Notes under the pieces: generated by a model
Databases searched by the model: none
The model's input: only the letters and a program-made list of their open reading frames with translations
What the model was told of the DNA's origin: nothing
Position numbers and translations under genes: made by a program
Source of the DNA: Chloroflexota bacterium
GTDB taxonomy: Bacteria > Chloroflexota > Limnocylindria > Limnocylindrales > CSP1-4
Assembly (NCBI GenBank): GCA_029778235.1
Contig: JAKOQS010000082.1
Coordinates: forward strand, 15,299-79,298
Reading direction: 5' to 3'
Length of the DNA: 64,000 nt
Part shown: one piece after another, positions 47,499 through 57,051 of the stretch
How the letters are laid out: each line of letters opens with the position of its first letter
How positions within the stretch are numbered: position 1 is the stretch's first letter

Positions 47499-49079
47499 AT
47501 GAGCCTGGACGGCCCTCGGCGGGCGTTGCGCGGGCTGCCGCGCTCGACTCGGGCATGGGGCGCGGTCGTCGTCGGCCTCGCGCTCTCGACGGTGGCGGTC
47601 GCCCTGCTCGAGCAGGTCGTCGCCGTCCCGTACGCTTCCCCGGTCTACCTGATCGCCGTCCTCGTCGCCGGCGTGACCGGCGGCATGCTCCCGGCGGTCA
47701 TCACCGCCGCCGCGTCCTTCATCCTGTACGACTTCCTCTTCGTCCAGCCGGTCTACACGCTCACCGTCTCCGACCCGACCGAGTGGCTGAACCTCCTCCT
47801 CTTCCTCGTCGTCGGCATCGTCATCGGCCGGCTCGCCGCGCTGCAGGCGGAGCGCACGCAGGAAGCGATGGATCGGGCGCACGAGGCGCAGGCGCTCTTC
47901 GCCATCAGCCGGACGCTCGCGACGAGCGGGACGCTCGACGAGGCTGCCGGACCGGTCGCGCATCTTCTCGCCTCCTCGGTCGCGGCCGATCGTGTCCGTC
48001 TGGGCCTGGGACCCACCCCCGGCGAGGAGCGCACCGTCGCCGACACGCGTCCGGACGAGCAGCTTCCGTCAGTGCCGATCCACGTGGTGCTGGAGAGGCG
48101 CCCGGGCGACGAGCCCGCCCGGTGGACGCGCACGCACGTCGCGACTGCACCCGGGACGCGAGGCGGGGCGGCGACCACCCTCTACCGCGTCCGGCTGGAG
48201 GGTCCCGAAGGGATCCTCGGATCGATCTGGATGACGCGCGGGGGCCGCTCCGTCGACCCCGGCCCCGCCGAGACGCGGATCGTGGCCGCGGCGGCGGACC
48301 AGCTCGGCCAGGCCGTGCGTCGCGACCGACTCCTCGCGCAGGCGCTCCACGCGGAGGTCGTGCGCCAGAGCGAGGCTCTCAAGAGCGCTCTCCTCGACTC
48401 CGTGTCGCACGACCTGCGGACCCCGCTCGCGACCATCCGGGCGACGGCGGGCAGCCTGCTCGACCACGAGGTCGCCTGGACCCCGGAGGAGCGGGACGAC
48501 GCGCTTCGGTCGATCGACGCGGAGGCCGAGCGCATGAACCGCCTCGTGCGCAACCTCCTCGACCTGAGCCGGATCGAGGGCGGCGCCCTCCATCCCGAGC
48601 TCGAGGCCCACGATGTCGACGAGTGCGTGGAGCGCGTGGTGCGGCGGATCACGCCGCCGGTCGCCACGCGGATCGGCGTCGAGGTCGCCGGCGATCTCCC
48701 GCCGATCCTCATCGACGACACCTACCTCGACGAGGTGCTGACGAACCTCGTCGAGAACGCGCTCCGCCACGGAGGTCCGACGATCCGGGTCGTCGCGCGC
48801 GAGGTGCGCGACCCGGCGGCGGTCGTCATCACGGTCGAGGACGACGGGCCGGGCGTCCCGGACGAGGACCGCGACCACCTGTTCGAGAAGTTCTACCGGG
48901 TACGCGGGCGCCGGGAGAGCTCGCGGCGCGGGATGGGCATCGGCCTGACCGTTGCGCGCGGGCTCGCCGAGGCGATGGGTGGTCGGATCGTCGCGCGTCG
49001 GAGTGCCCTCGGTGGGCTCGCGTTCGACGTCTCGCTCCCCGTCGCGCCGCGCCCCGACGACGCGGAGACTGGAGCGTGA
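47499..49079 (+). CDS. kdpD: Sensor histidine kinase equivalent to the C-terminal half of KdpD (DUF4118 membrane domain-GAF-HisKA-HATPase)
   Basis: TM region PYASPVYLIAVLVAG...LYDFLFVQP (DUF4118-like). H-box SVSHDLRTPLATI, N-box LVENALRHG, G-box DDGPGVP and GMGIGL. Confidence 0.9.
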   Translation: MSLDGPRRALRGLPRSTRAWGAVVVGLALSTVAVALLEQVVAVPYASPVYLIAVLVAGVTGGMLPAVITAAASFILYDFLFVQPVYTLTVSDPTEWLNLLLFLVVGIVIGRLAALQAERTQEAMDRAHEAQALFAISRTLATSGTLDEAAGPVAHLLASSVAADRVRLGLGPTPGEERTVADTRPDEQLPSVPIHVVLERRPGDEPARWTRTHVATAPGTRGGAATTLYRVRLEGPEGILGSIWMTRGGRSVDPGPAETRIVAAAADQLGQAVRRDRLLAQALHAEVVRQSEALKSALLDSVSHDLRTPLATIRATAGSLLDHEVAWTPEERDDALRSIDAEAERMNRLVRNLLDLSRIEGGALHPELEAHDVDECVERVVRRITPPVATRIGVEVAGDLPPILIDDTYLDEVLTNLVENALRHGGPTIRVVAREVRDPAAVVITVEDDGPGVPDEDRDHLFEKFYRVRGRRESSRRGMGIGLTVARGLAEAMGGRIVARRSALGGLAFDVSLPVAPRPDDAETGA

Positions 49080-49804
49080 GCGCCGGCGGGCCGGAGATCC
49101 TCCTCGTCGAAGACGACGAGCCCACCAGGATCCGGCTGCGCCAGTACCTCGGGCGACGCGGGTACGTGGTCCGCCAGGCTGCGACCGCCCGCGAGGCGCT
49201 CGCGGCCTGGGATGCGCACCGGGTCGACCTGATCCTGCTGGACCTCGGGCTCCCGGACCGGGACGGCATCGACGTGGTGCGGCGCGTGCGCCGGGACGGG
49301 ACGACGCCGATCATCATCGTCTCCGCCCGCGGCGACGAGCGCGACCGCATCGCCGGACTCGAGGCGGGCGCCGACGACTACGTCACCAAGCCGTTCGGGA
49401 TCGACGAGCTCCAGGCGCGGATCCGCGCCGTCCTCCGGCGCGCCGCGGGTCCCGCCGCCGACACGGAAGGCAGGCTGGCCCTCGGTCCGGTCGTGCTCGA
49501 CGTCCCACGCCGCACGGTCGCCGTCGATGGGGAACCTGTCCACCTCACCCCGCGCGAGTACGAGCTCCTGAAGGCGCTCCTGTCGAGCCGCGGGCGCGTC
49601 GTGACGAAGGCCCGGCTGCTTCGTGCCGTGTGGGGGGAGGCGTACGCCGACGAGTCCGCGTACCTCCACGTCTACGTGAACCGCCTGCGGCGGAAGATCG
49701 CCGCGGCCGACCGCACCGGCACCGCGCGCGACCTGATCGTCGCCGAGCCTGGCGTCGGCTATCGCGTCGCGGACCCCGAGGACATCCCGCCCACCGCTGT
49801 TTAG
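49076..49804 (+). CDS. kdpE: OmpR-family response regulator KdpE
   Basis: GTG 49076 overlaps the kinase stop (GTGA). Contains ILLVEDDE, LILLDLGLPDRDG, and the winged helix LTPREYELLKAL...YLHVYVNRLRRKI. Confidence 0.9.
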   Translation: MSAGGPEILLVEDDEPTRIRLRQYLGRRGYVVRQAATAREALAAWDAHRVDLILLDLGLPDRDGIDVVRRVRRDGTTPIIIVSARGDERDRIAGLEAGADDYVTKPFGIDELQARIRAVLRRAAGPAADTEGRLALGPVVLDVPRRTVAVDGEPVHLTPREYELLKALLSSRGRVVTKARLLRAVWGEAYADESAYLHVYVNRLRRKIAAADRTGTARDLIVAEPGVGYRVADPEDIPPTAV

Positions 49805-49872
49805 CGATCGTTCAGCGCCGCGCGCCGGCCGGACCCCTCTCGCCTCTTGGCGCCCCGGACGACGATCAGGAC

Positions 49873-50175
49873 ATGGGTGAGCGGACGGGACGACCGGCGG
49901 TGACGCACCAGGTCCGCGGCGACGGCGCGCAGGCGCTGGACGCCGACGCGATCCGGCGTCGCCTCGACCTCGAGGTCGCCGAGATCCGCGCGGCGGTGGA
50001 CCTCGTGGCGGCAGGCGCGGCGCGGCGGGTGGACCTCGCCGGCCTGCTCTACGGCGACATCCTCTGGCCACGGATGCGGGCCGAGGCCGCGGACAGGGGT
50101 GTCCGCCTCGAGCTCAGGACCGGCATGGACGACGTGGACCACGACCTCGTGGTGTCGGCGGCCGATGTCCCCTGA
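49873..50175 (+). CDS. Hypothetical 100-aa protein
   Basis: ATG start with high GC3. Its stop overlaps the start of the following receiver gene by 11 nt. No recognisable motif. Confidence 0.4.
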   Translation: MGERTGRPAVTHQVRGDGAQALDADAIRRRLDLEVAEIRAAVDLVAAGAARRVDLAGLLYGDILWPRMRAEAADRGVRLELRTGMDDVDHDLVVSAADVP

Positions 50176-50593
50176 TCCGGGCCGCGGCCCGATCCTGGTG
50201 GTCGAGGACGACGAGCAGCTCGCCTGGGTCGTCGCGCGGCACCTGCGCGCACGCGGCTACGCCGTCGAGAGCGCGACGTCGGTGGAGGAGGCCGAGTGCA
50301 TCCTCGCATCGGGCGTCCGGCCGTCGGTCGTGCTGCTTGACATCAACCTCCCGGGCGACACCGGGTGGGCGTTCCTTCGCTCGGGGCACCTGGCGGCCGC
50401 CGGCGCGCCTCCCGTCTACGTGGTGAGCGCCACGGCCGTCACCGCCTCCCGGCTCCGCGAGTTCGGCGTGGCGGGGTACCTGCCGAAGCCGTTCGCGCTG
50501 CCCACTCTCATGGAGATCGTCGAGCGCCAGGCCTCGGCGGGCGGAGAGCCGCCCGCCGAGGCCGACGGCGTGGAGGGGTCCGATGCTCGCTGA
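50165..50593 (+). CDS. Stand-alone receiver (CheY-like) response regulator
   Basis: 142 aa. [21 protein letters not shown] (phospho-Asp), YLPKPF (conserved Lys). No output domain. Confidence 0.8.
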   Translation: MSPDPGRGPILVVEDDEQLAWVVARHLRARGYAVESATSVEEAECILASGVRPSVVLLDINLPGDTGWAFLRSGHLAAAGAPPVYVVSATAVTASRLREFGVAGYLPKPFALPTLMEIVERQASAGGEPPAEADGVEGSDAR

Positions 50594-50675
50594 CCTCGTC
50601 GTGCTCGTCCTCGGGACCGCGGCGACGCTGCTGCTCGCCGGCCTCGTGTGGCTCTGCGACTGGCTCGCCCGATGA
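50583..50675 (+). CDS. Candidate 30-aa hydrophobic peptide (KdpF-like position)
   Basis: [30 protein letters not shown]. Its ATG overlaps the receiver 3' end and its TGA overlaps the kdpF ATG (ATGA). High GC3. Below the ORF-track size cut-off. Confidence 0.4.
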   Translation: MLADLVVLVLGTAATLLLAGLVWLCDWLAR

Positions 50676-50761
50676 ACGTCGCCGACCTCATCGGCGGGCT
50701 CATCGCCCTGCTGCTCGGCCTCTACCTGCTCGCGACCCTCCTCCGGCCGGAGGCGTTCTGA
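50672..50761 (+). CDS. kdpF: K+-transporting ATPase subunit F
   Basis: [29 protein letters not shown]: 29 aa, one TM helix, and the characteristic C-terminal L.RPE.F. Lies 2 nt upstream of the kdpA GTG. Confidence 0.75.
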   Translation: MNVADLIGGLIALLLGLYLLATLLRPEAF

Positions 50762-50763
50762 CC

Positions 50764-52470
50764 GTGACCGCCGCGAACATCCTCCAGGCGGTGAGCCTGC
50801 TCGCCGCCGTGCTCCTCGTCACGCCGTTCCTGGGCCGATACATGGCCCGGGTCCTCGAGGGCGAGCGGACGATCCTCGCACCCGTCCTGCAGCCGGTCGA
50901 GCGGGTCACGTATCGGATCCTCGGGGTGGACGCGAAGTCCGAGCAGCGCTGGACCGCCTACGCGGTCTCGCTCCTCGTCTTCTCGCTCGTCTCGGTGGTC
51001 GTGCTGTACCTGTTCCAGCGCCTCCAGGGGTCGCTGCCGCTGAACCAGGCGGGCCTCGGCCCGGTGGCTCCCGACCTCGCGTTCAACACCGCAGTCAGCT
51101 TCGTGACGAACACGAACTGGCAGAACTACTCGGGCGAGACGACGATGACCCACCTCACGCAGATGGCCGGCCTGGCGGTCCAGAACTTCGTGTCGGCCGG
51201 CGTCGGCATCGCCGTCGCCATCGCGCTTACACGCGGCCTCGTGCGGCGGACGTCTCCGACGATCGGGAACTTCTGGGTCGACGTCACCCGGTCGGTCCTC
51301 TACATCCTCCTGCCGATCGCCTTCGTGGCGGCCCTCGTGCTCGTGGCCCTCGGCGCGGTGCAGACGTTCGCCGGGCCGGTGACGGTGACCACGCTCCAGG
51401 GCGCGACGCAGACGATCCCGCTCGGCCCGATCGCGAGCCAGGAGGCGATCAAGGAGCTCGGGACGAACGGGGGCGGGTTCTTCAACGCGAACTCGGCCCA
51501 CCCGTTCGAGAACCCGACGGCGCTGACCGACTGGTTCGAGATGCTCCTGATCCTGATCATCCCCTTCGGCCTCACGTACACCTTCGGCCGCCTCGCCGGC
51601 GACCGCCGCCAGGGATGGGTCCTGTTCGCGACGATGGCGATCGTCCTCGTCGTCGGCTCCGGCATCGCGATGTGGAGCGAGTCGCAGGTGAACCCGAACT
51701 TCCCGGCCGACGTCGCCGGTGCCCTCGGCAACATGGAGGGCAAGGAGGTCCGGTTCGGCAGCGCCACGGGGGGCCTGTGGGCGGCGATCACGACCGGCAC
51801 CAGCACCGGTGCGGTCAACGCGATGCACGACAGCTTCCTGCCGCTCGGCGGCCTCGTGCCGCTCTTCAACATGGAGCTCGGCGAGGTCACCCCGGGCGGC
51901 GTCGGCGCCGGCCTCTACGGCCTGCTCGTCTTCGCCATCCTGGCGGTCTTCATCGCCGGGCTCATGGTCGGCCGGACCCCGGAGTACCTGGGCAAGAAGA
52001 TCGAGTCGTACGAGATGAAGATGGCGATGCTCGTCGTCCTCGTCCTCGCGACGAGCATCCTGGTCCCGACGGCCATCGCCACGGTCACCGACGTCGGCCT
52101 CGCGGGGCCGCTCAACCCGGGTCCGCACGGCTTCAGCGAGATCCTCTACGCGTTCTCGAGCCAGACGGCCAACAACGGCTCGGCGTTCGCGGGCCTGACC
52201 GGCGACACGTGGTTCTACAACGTGGCGGGCGGCATCGCCATGCTCGCCGGCCGCTTCGCGATGATCATCCCGATCCTCGCGATCGCCGGATCGATGGCGG
52301 CGAAGCGTCGCGTCGCGCCCTCGCTCGGGACGTTCCCCACCACCGGCCCGATCTTCGTCGGGCTCCTGATCGGCGTCATCGTCATCGTCGGCGCTCTCAC
52401 GTTCTTCCCGGCGCTCGCGCTCGGTCCGATCGTCGAGCAGCTCCTCATGAACGCCGGGAGGCTGTTCTGA
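50764..52470 (+). CDS. kdpA: K+-transporting ATPase subunit A
   Basis: Start at GTG 50764 ([10 protein letters not shown]...). Contains [40 protein letters not shown], and NNGSAFAG selectivity-filter-like repeats. Confidence 0.95.
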   Translation: MTAANILQAVSLLAAVLLVTPFLGRYMARVLEGERTILAPVLQPVERVTYRILGVDAKSEQRWTAYAVSLLVFSLVSVVVLYLFQRLQGSLPLNQAGLGPVAPDLAFNTAVSFVTNTNWQNYSGETTMTHLTQMAGLAVQNFVSAGVGIAVAIALTRGLVRRTSPTIGNFWVDVTRSVLYILLPIAFVAALVLVALGAVQTFAGPVTVTTLQGATQTIPLGPIASQEAIKELGTNGGGFFNANSAHPFENPTALTDWFEMLLILIIPFGLTYTFGRLAGDRRQGWVLFATMAIVLVVGSGIAMWSESQVNPNFPADVAGALGNMEGKEVRFGSATGGLWAAITTGTSTGAVNAMHDSFLPLGGLVPLFNMELGEVTPGGVGAGLYGLLVFAILAVFIAGLMVGRTPEYLGKKIESYEMKMAMLVVLVLATSILVPTAIATVTDVGLAGPLNPGPHGFSEILYAFSSQTANNGSAFAGLTGDTWFYNVAGGIAMLAGRFAMIIPILAIAGSMAAKRRVAPSLGTFPTTGPIFVGLLIGVIVIVGALTFFPALALGPIVEQLLMNAGRLF

Positions 52471-54653
52471 TGACCATCCGCACGATCCCGGCCCCGGCCC
52501 GCCTGCAGGCGATCATCGACACGTCCCGTGGCACGCGGCGGGTGCAGCGCGCCGAGCGGGAGGCGCGCGGCGCCGGCGCCGGCGCTCCCGGCGGCGGCCG
52601 CGGGGCGTTCGACCGTCGCCAGCTCGTCGCCGCGCTCGGTCCCGCGCTCCGCAAGCTCAGCCCGCGCGAGCTGATGCACAACCCGGTCATGTTCGTCGTC
52701 GAGGTGACTGCCGTCCTGGTGACGCTCGTCCTCGCCGCCGACGTCGCCGGCATCGCGTCCGCCCAGGCGGACGAGGTCGGCCGGTCCGCCGGCTTCGAGC
52801 TCCAGATCGCGATCTGGCTCTGGCTGACGGTCCTGTTCGCGACATACGCCGAGGCGCTCGCGGAGGCGCGCGGGAAGGCGCAGGCAGCGACGCTGCGCAG
52901 GACGCGGTCGGAGACGATCGCGCACCGACTCCGTCCCGACCGCACGTACGAGGACGTCGGATCCTCGGCCCTGCGGGCCGGCGACGTCATCGTGATCCGC
53001 GAGGGCGAGACGGTCCCCGGCGACGGCGACGTCATCGACGGCGTCGCATACGTGAACGAGGCGGTGATCACGGGCGAGTCGGCCCCGGTCCTCAAGGAGC
53101 CTGGGACGGACATCCGGAGCACGGTGACCGGCGGGACGCTCGTCGTCAGCGACTCGATCAGCGTGCGCATCACCGCGAACCCCGGCGAGACGTTCCTCGA
53201 CCGGATGATCGCCCTCGTCGAGGGCGCGAAGCGGCTCCGCACGCCCAACGAGATCGCCCTCTCGATCCTGCTGTCCGGCCTGACGGCCGTCTTCCTCCTG
53301 GCGACCGTGACCCTGCGCCCGTTCGGGCTGTACGCCGACGCGCCGCTCGGGCTCGTCGTGCTCGTCGCGCTCCTCGTGTGCCTCATCCCGACCACGATCG
53401 GCGGGCTGCTCTCCGCGATCGGGATCGCGGGGATGGACCGCGTCGCGCGCTTCAACGTTCTCGCGATGAGCGGCCGCGCGGTCGAGGCGTCCGGCGACGT
53501 GGACGTCATCCTCCTCGACAAGACCGGGACGATCACCTTCGGCAACCGGCTCGCGTCGCGTGTCGTGCCGCTCGGGGGCGCCACCGAGCGCGAGGCGCTC
53601 GAGGCCGCGCTCATCGCGTCGCTCGACGACGAGACCCCGGAGGGCCGCTCGATCGTGGACCTGGCCACGAGCCGGCTGGCGGAGATCGCGCCGGAGGTCC
53701 TCGCGGCCGAGCGGCCCGGCGTGGACGAAGTCGTGCCCTTCTCCGCCGAGTCTCGGACGTCGGGCGTCATCCTCGCGGACGGGCGGCTCGTCCTCAAGGG
53801 CGCCGTGGACGCGATCGCCGGGGCCGTGGACGGATCGCCGCCCGACGACCTCGAGATCGTGGCCGACGGCATCGCGGCCCTCGGCGCCACGCCGCTGGCG
53901 ATCCGCGCGGACGGCCGGATCCTCGGCGTCATCGAGCTGAAGGACACGGTCAAGCCCGGCCTGCGAGAGCGCTTCGACGAGCTCCGCCGGATGGGCATCC
54001 GGACGATCATGGTCACCGGCGACAACCCCCTCACCGCGCGGACGATCGCCGAAGAGGCCGGCGTGGACGACTTCGTCGCGCAGGCGAAGCCCGAGGACAA
54101 GATCGACCTCATCCGCCGCGAGCAGGCCGAGGGCCACCTGGTCGCGATGACCGGTGACGGGACGAACGACGCGCCCGCAGTGGCCCAGGCCGACGTGGGG
54201 CTGGCCATGAACAGCGGGACCTCCGCGTGCAAGGAGGCCGCGAACATGGTCGATCTCGACTCCGACCCGACGAAGCTCATCGAGGTCATCGCGATCGGCA
54301 AGCAGCTGCTCATCACCCGCGGCGCGATCACCACGTTCTCGATCGCCAACGACGTCGCGAAGTACTTCGCGATCCTCCCGGCGATGTTCGTCGTCGCCTA
54401 CCCGGAGCTCGACACGCTCAACGTCATGGGCCTCGCGAGCCCGGAGAGCGCCATCCTCTCGGCCGTCATCTTCAACGCGCTCGTCATCGTGGCGCTCGTG
54501 CCGCTCGCGCTCCGCGGCGTCGCGTACCGCGCGGCACCGGCGGCCGAGCTCCTGCGGCGCAACCTCCTGATCTACGGCGTCGGCGGCATCGTCGCGCCCT
54601 TCCTCGGCATCAAGCTCGTCGACCTCATCGTCAGCGGGCTCGGGCTGGCATAG
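52470..54653 (+). CDS. kdpB: K+-transporting P-type ATPase subunit B
   Basis: [18 protein letters not shown] (phospho-Asp), [21 protein letters not shown]. The ATG overlaps the kdpA TGA by 1 nt. Confidence 0.97.
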   Translation: MTIRTIPAPARLQAIIDTSRGTRRVQRAEREARGAGAGAPGGGRGAFDRRQLVAALGPALRKLSPRELMHNPVMFVVEVTAVLVTLVLAADVAGIASAQADEVGRSAGFELQIAIWLWLTVLFATYAEALAEARGKAQAATLRRTRSETIAHRLRPDRTYEDVGSSALRAGDVIVIREGETVPGDGDVIDGVAYVNEAVITGESAPVLKEPGTDIRSTVTGGTLVVSDSISVRITANPGETFLDRMIALVEGAKRLRTPNEIALSILLSGLTAVFLLATVTLRPFGLYADAPLGLVVLVALLVCLIPTTIGGLLSAIGIAGMDRVARFNVLAMSGRAVEASGDVDVILLDKTGTITFGNRLASRVVPLGGATEREALEAALIASLDDETPEGRSIVDLATSRLAEIAPEVLAAERPGVDEVVPFSAESRTSGVILADGRLVLKGAVDAIAGAVDGSPPDDLEIVADGIAALGATPLAIRADGRILGVIELKDTVKPGLRERFDELRRMGIRTIMVTGDNPLTARTIAEEAGVDDFVAQAKPEDKIDLIRREQAEGHLVAMTGDGTNDAPAVAQADVGLAMNSGTSACKEAANMVDLDSDPTKLIEVIAIGKQLLITRGAITTFSIANDVAKYFAILPAMFVVAYPELDTLNVMGLASPESAILSAVIFNALVIVALVPLALRGVAYRAAPAAELLRRNLLIYGVGGIVAPFLGIKLVDLIVSGLGLA

Positions 54654-54663
54654 GAGCGATCGG

Positions 54664-55245
54664 ATGCGTGCCTTCATCACTCGCCAGCTGCGTCCCGCCC
54701 TCGGCCTCATCGCGGTGATGACGGTCATCACCGGGCTCCTCTACCCGGGCGTCGTGACCGCCGCGGCCCAGGTCGTCTTCCCCTCGCAGGCCAACGGCTC
54801 GATGGTCGTCGCGGACGGCCGAGAGGTGGGCTCGGTCCTCATCGGCCAGTCGTTCACCGACCCGAAGTACCTCTGGCCGCGCCCGTCCGCGGCCGGCGCC
54901 GACGGCTACGACGCGATGTCGTCCGCCGGATCGAACCTGGGTCCCACGAACCAGAAGCTCATCGACGCGGTCGCGGAGCGCGTCGCCGCGCTGCGCGCCG
55001 CGAACGGTGACGGGCCGATCCCCGTCGACCTCGTCACGACCTCGGCGTCGGGCCTCGACCCGCATATCAGCCCCGCTGCGGCCGACTACCAGGTCGCCCG
55101 GATCGCCACCGCACGCGGGATGTCGCCCGACGCGGTCCGCGAGGTCATCGCGCGACACACCTCCGGGCAGGTGCTCGGCTTCCTCGGTGAGGCGAACGTG
55201 AACGTGCTGGAGGTGAACCTCGATCTCGACGGCCTCCTGCGATGA
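54664..55245 (+). CDS. kdpC: K+-transporting ATPase subunit C
   Basis: 193 aa. N-terminal TM segment, SNLGPTN, and SASGLDPHISPAAA. Confidence 0.95.
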   Translation: MRAFITRQLRPALGLIAVMTVITGLLYPGVVTAAAQVVFPSQANGSMVVADGREVGSVLIGQSFTDPKYLWPRPSAAGADGYDAMSSAGSNLGPTNQKLIDAVAERVAALRAANGDGPIPVDLVTTSASGLDPHISPAAADYQVARIATARGMSPDAVREVIARHTSGQVLGFLGEANVNVLEVNLDLDGLLR

Positions 55246-55272
55246 TGCGATGGAGCGAACGGAGCGAGGCGG

Positions 55273-56430
55273 ATGAACGCTGAGAGCGACCGGGCCGGAC
55301 GTCCGTCGGGCGACGAGATGCTCGCCCGACTCCGGGCGGAGGACCGCACGAAGGGCGGCCGGCTGCGCGTCTACCTCGGGATGGCGCCGGGCGTCGGGAA
55401 GACGTACCGGATGCTCGAGGAGGCGCACCGACGGCAGGACCGTGGCACGGACGTCGCGGTCGGCTTCGTCGAGACCTACGGGCGGCGGTTCACCGCCGCC
55501 CTCCTCGACGGCCTGGAGGTCATCCCCCGGGCGCGCGTGGAGCATCGGGGCGTCGTCGTGGAGGAGATGGACACCGACGCCGTCATCGCTCGGCACCCGA
55601 AGGTCGCACTCGTGGACGAGCTCGCCCACACGAACGCGCCCGGGTCGCCGCGCGAGAAGCGCTGGCAGGACGTGGCCGCGATCCGGGCCGCGGGCATCGA
55701 CGTCATCAGCACGTGCAACGTCCAGCACGTCGAGTCGGTGGCCGACGCGGTCGAGACCATCCTCGGCGTGCCGGTCCGCGAACGCGTCCCCGACGCGGTC
55801 GTCCGCGAGGCGGACGAGATCGAGCTGGTGGACATGAGCCCCCAGGCGCTCCGCCAGCGGATGCGCCATGGGAACGTCTATCCGCCGGATCGGGCGGCGA
55901 TCGCCCTCGAGAGGTTCTTCACGGAGACCAACCTCACCGCGCTGCGCGACCTGAGCCTTCGGTTCGTGGCGGAGGAGGTGGACGCGCAGCTGGAGGACAC
56001 GATCGCGGCGCGAGGCGACCGCCTGGGCCCTGTCACGGAGCGGGTCATGGTCGTCGTCGACGAGTCTCACGCGAGCCGCCGCGCGCTGAGGCGGGGTGTC
56101 TTCCTCGCGAGCGCGCTGCGGACCCGGTGCGTCGCGCTCGCGGTGGCCACATCGGGCGTGGAGCTCTCGCGGGACCGGCAGCTCGACCTGCAGGCGAACC
56201 TGGACTACGCGGCCGACCTCGGCGCGGAGGTCGTTCGCGGCGAGTCGGCGGACTTCGTCAGGGGCGTCGCGGAGGTCGCCCGCGCACAGAGGGTCACGCA
56301 TCTCGTCCTCGTTCACCACCGGCGGCACGGGCTCGAGCGACTGATGCGTCCATCCCTGGCCGGCCGGATCCTCGACGAGGTCCCCGCCCTGGAGGTTCAC
56401 TTGGTGAGCGACGAGCCGGGACACGCCTGA
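55273..56430 (+). CDS. kdpD: KdpD N-terminal sensor module only (KdpD-N P-loop domain plus USP domain), without a kinase domain
   Basis: 385 aa. LRVYLGMAPGVGKTYRMLEEA (Walker A), VDELAHTN, and ISTCNVQHVES, then a USP-like domain. Ends without a TM or HisKA region. Confidence 0.9.
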   Translation: MNAESDRAGRPSGDEMLARLRAEDRTKGGRLRVYLGMAPGVGKTYRMLEEAHRRQDRGTDVAVGFVETYGRRFTAALLDGLEVIPRARVEHRGVVVEEMDTDAVIARHPKVALVDELAHTNAPGSPREKRWQDVAAIRAAGIDVISTCNVQHVESVADAVETILGVPVRERVPDAVVREADEIELVDMSPQALRQRMRHGNVYPPDRAAIALERFFTETNLTALRDLSLRFVAEEVDAQLEDTIAARGDRLGPVTERVMVVVDESHASRRALRRGVFLASALRTRCVALAVATSGVELSRDRQLDLQANLDYAADLGAEVVRGESADFVRGVAEVARAQRVTHLVLVHHRRHGLERLMRPSLAGRILDEVPALEVHLVSDEPGHA

Positions 56431-56547
56431 CGGGCATGCTCGCCGGGGGGGCTTGACCGACCCGGGGAACCCCGATCTCCAGGGCGGTCGTCGGATGTCG
56501 CGTCCGGCCACCGGTGGAACGCCGCGTCCGCGAGTGCCGACTCGGAC

Positions 56548-56582
56548 GATGATAGCCGACTGGCAAGTAACCGGGTATCATC
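56548..56582. promoter_or_regulatory. 7-bp inverted repeat GATGATA-N21-TATCATC immediately upstream of marR (candidate operator/-10 region)
   Basis: Read directly from the sequence. It ends 8 nt before the marR ATG. Confidence 0.3.
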
Positions 56583-56589
56583 CCGTCCG

Positions 56590-57051
56590 ATGGAGGATGA
56601 ACGGCTCGCCGCGCTCGAACGCATCGCCCGCGGGGCGGTCGTGATGACGACCCGGGCTCTCGGCTCGGCGGCGCCTGGCGTGGACGTCACCTTGCCGCAG
56701 TGGCGCCTCCCCATCATCCTCGGGGACGAGCCGGCCGGGGTCCGCCTCGGCGATGTCGCCCCCCGCGTCGGGGTCACGTTGCCGGCGACGAGCCGGCTCA
56801 TCGACCGCCTTGCGCGGCGCGGGCTCGTCACCTTCGAGACGGACGCGCGCGATCGTCGGGCGAGGCGCGCGATGCTCACCGACCAGGGGCGCGAAGTGCG
56901 CGAGGCGATCCTGGAGCACCGGAGGGGCGCCCTCCGGGGGGTCGCAGCCACCGTCGGACGTGCGGACCCTTCGGATCGTCGGAGCGGCGAACCATCTTTG
57001 CTCGATCGGCTGCTCGAGGCGGTCGCGGCCGAGTTCGACCGGTTCGCGTGA
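56590..57051 (+). CDS. MarR-family transcriptional regulator
   Basis: 153 aa. Winged HTH LGDVAPRVGVTLPATSRLIDRLARRGLV...D.RDRR...L.LT..G. Confidence 0.85.
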   Translation: MEDERLAALERIARGAVVMTTRALGSAAPGVDVTLPQWRLPIILGDEPAGVRLGDVAPRVGVTLPATSRLIDRLARRGLVTFETDARDRRARRAMLTDQGREVREAILEHRRGALRGVAATVGRADPSDRRSGEPSLLDRLLEAVAAEFDRFA

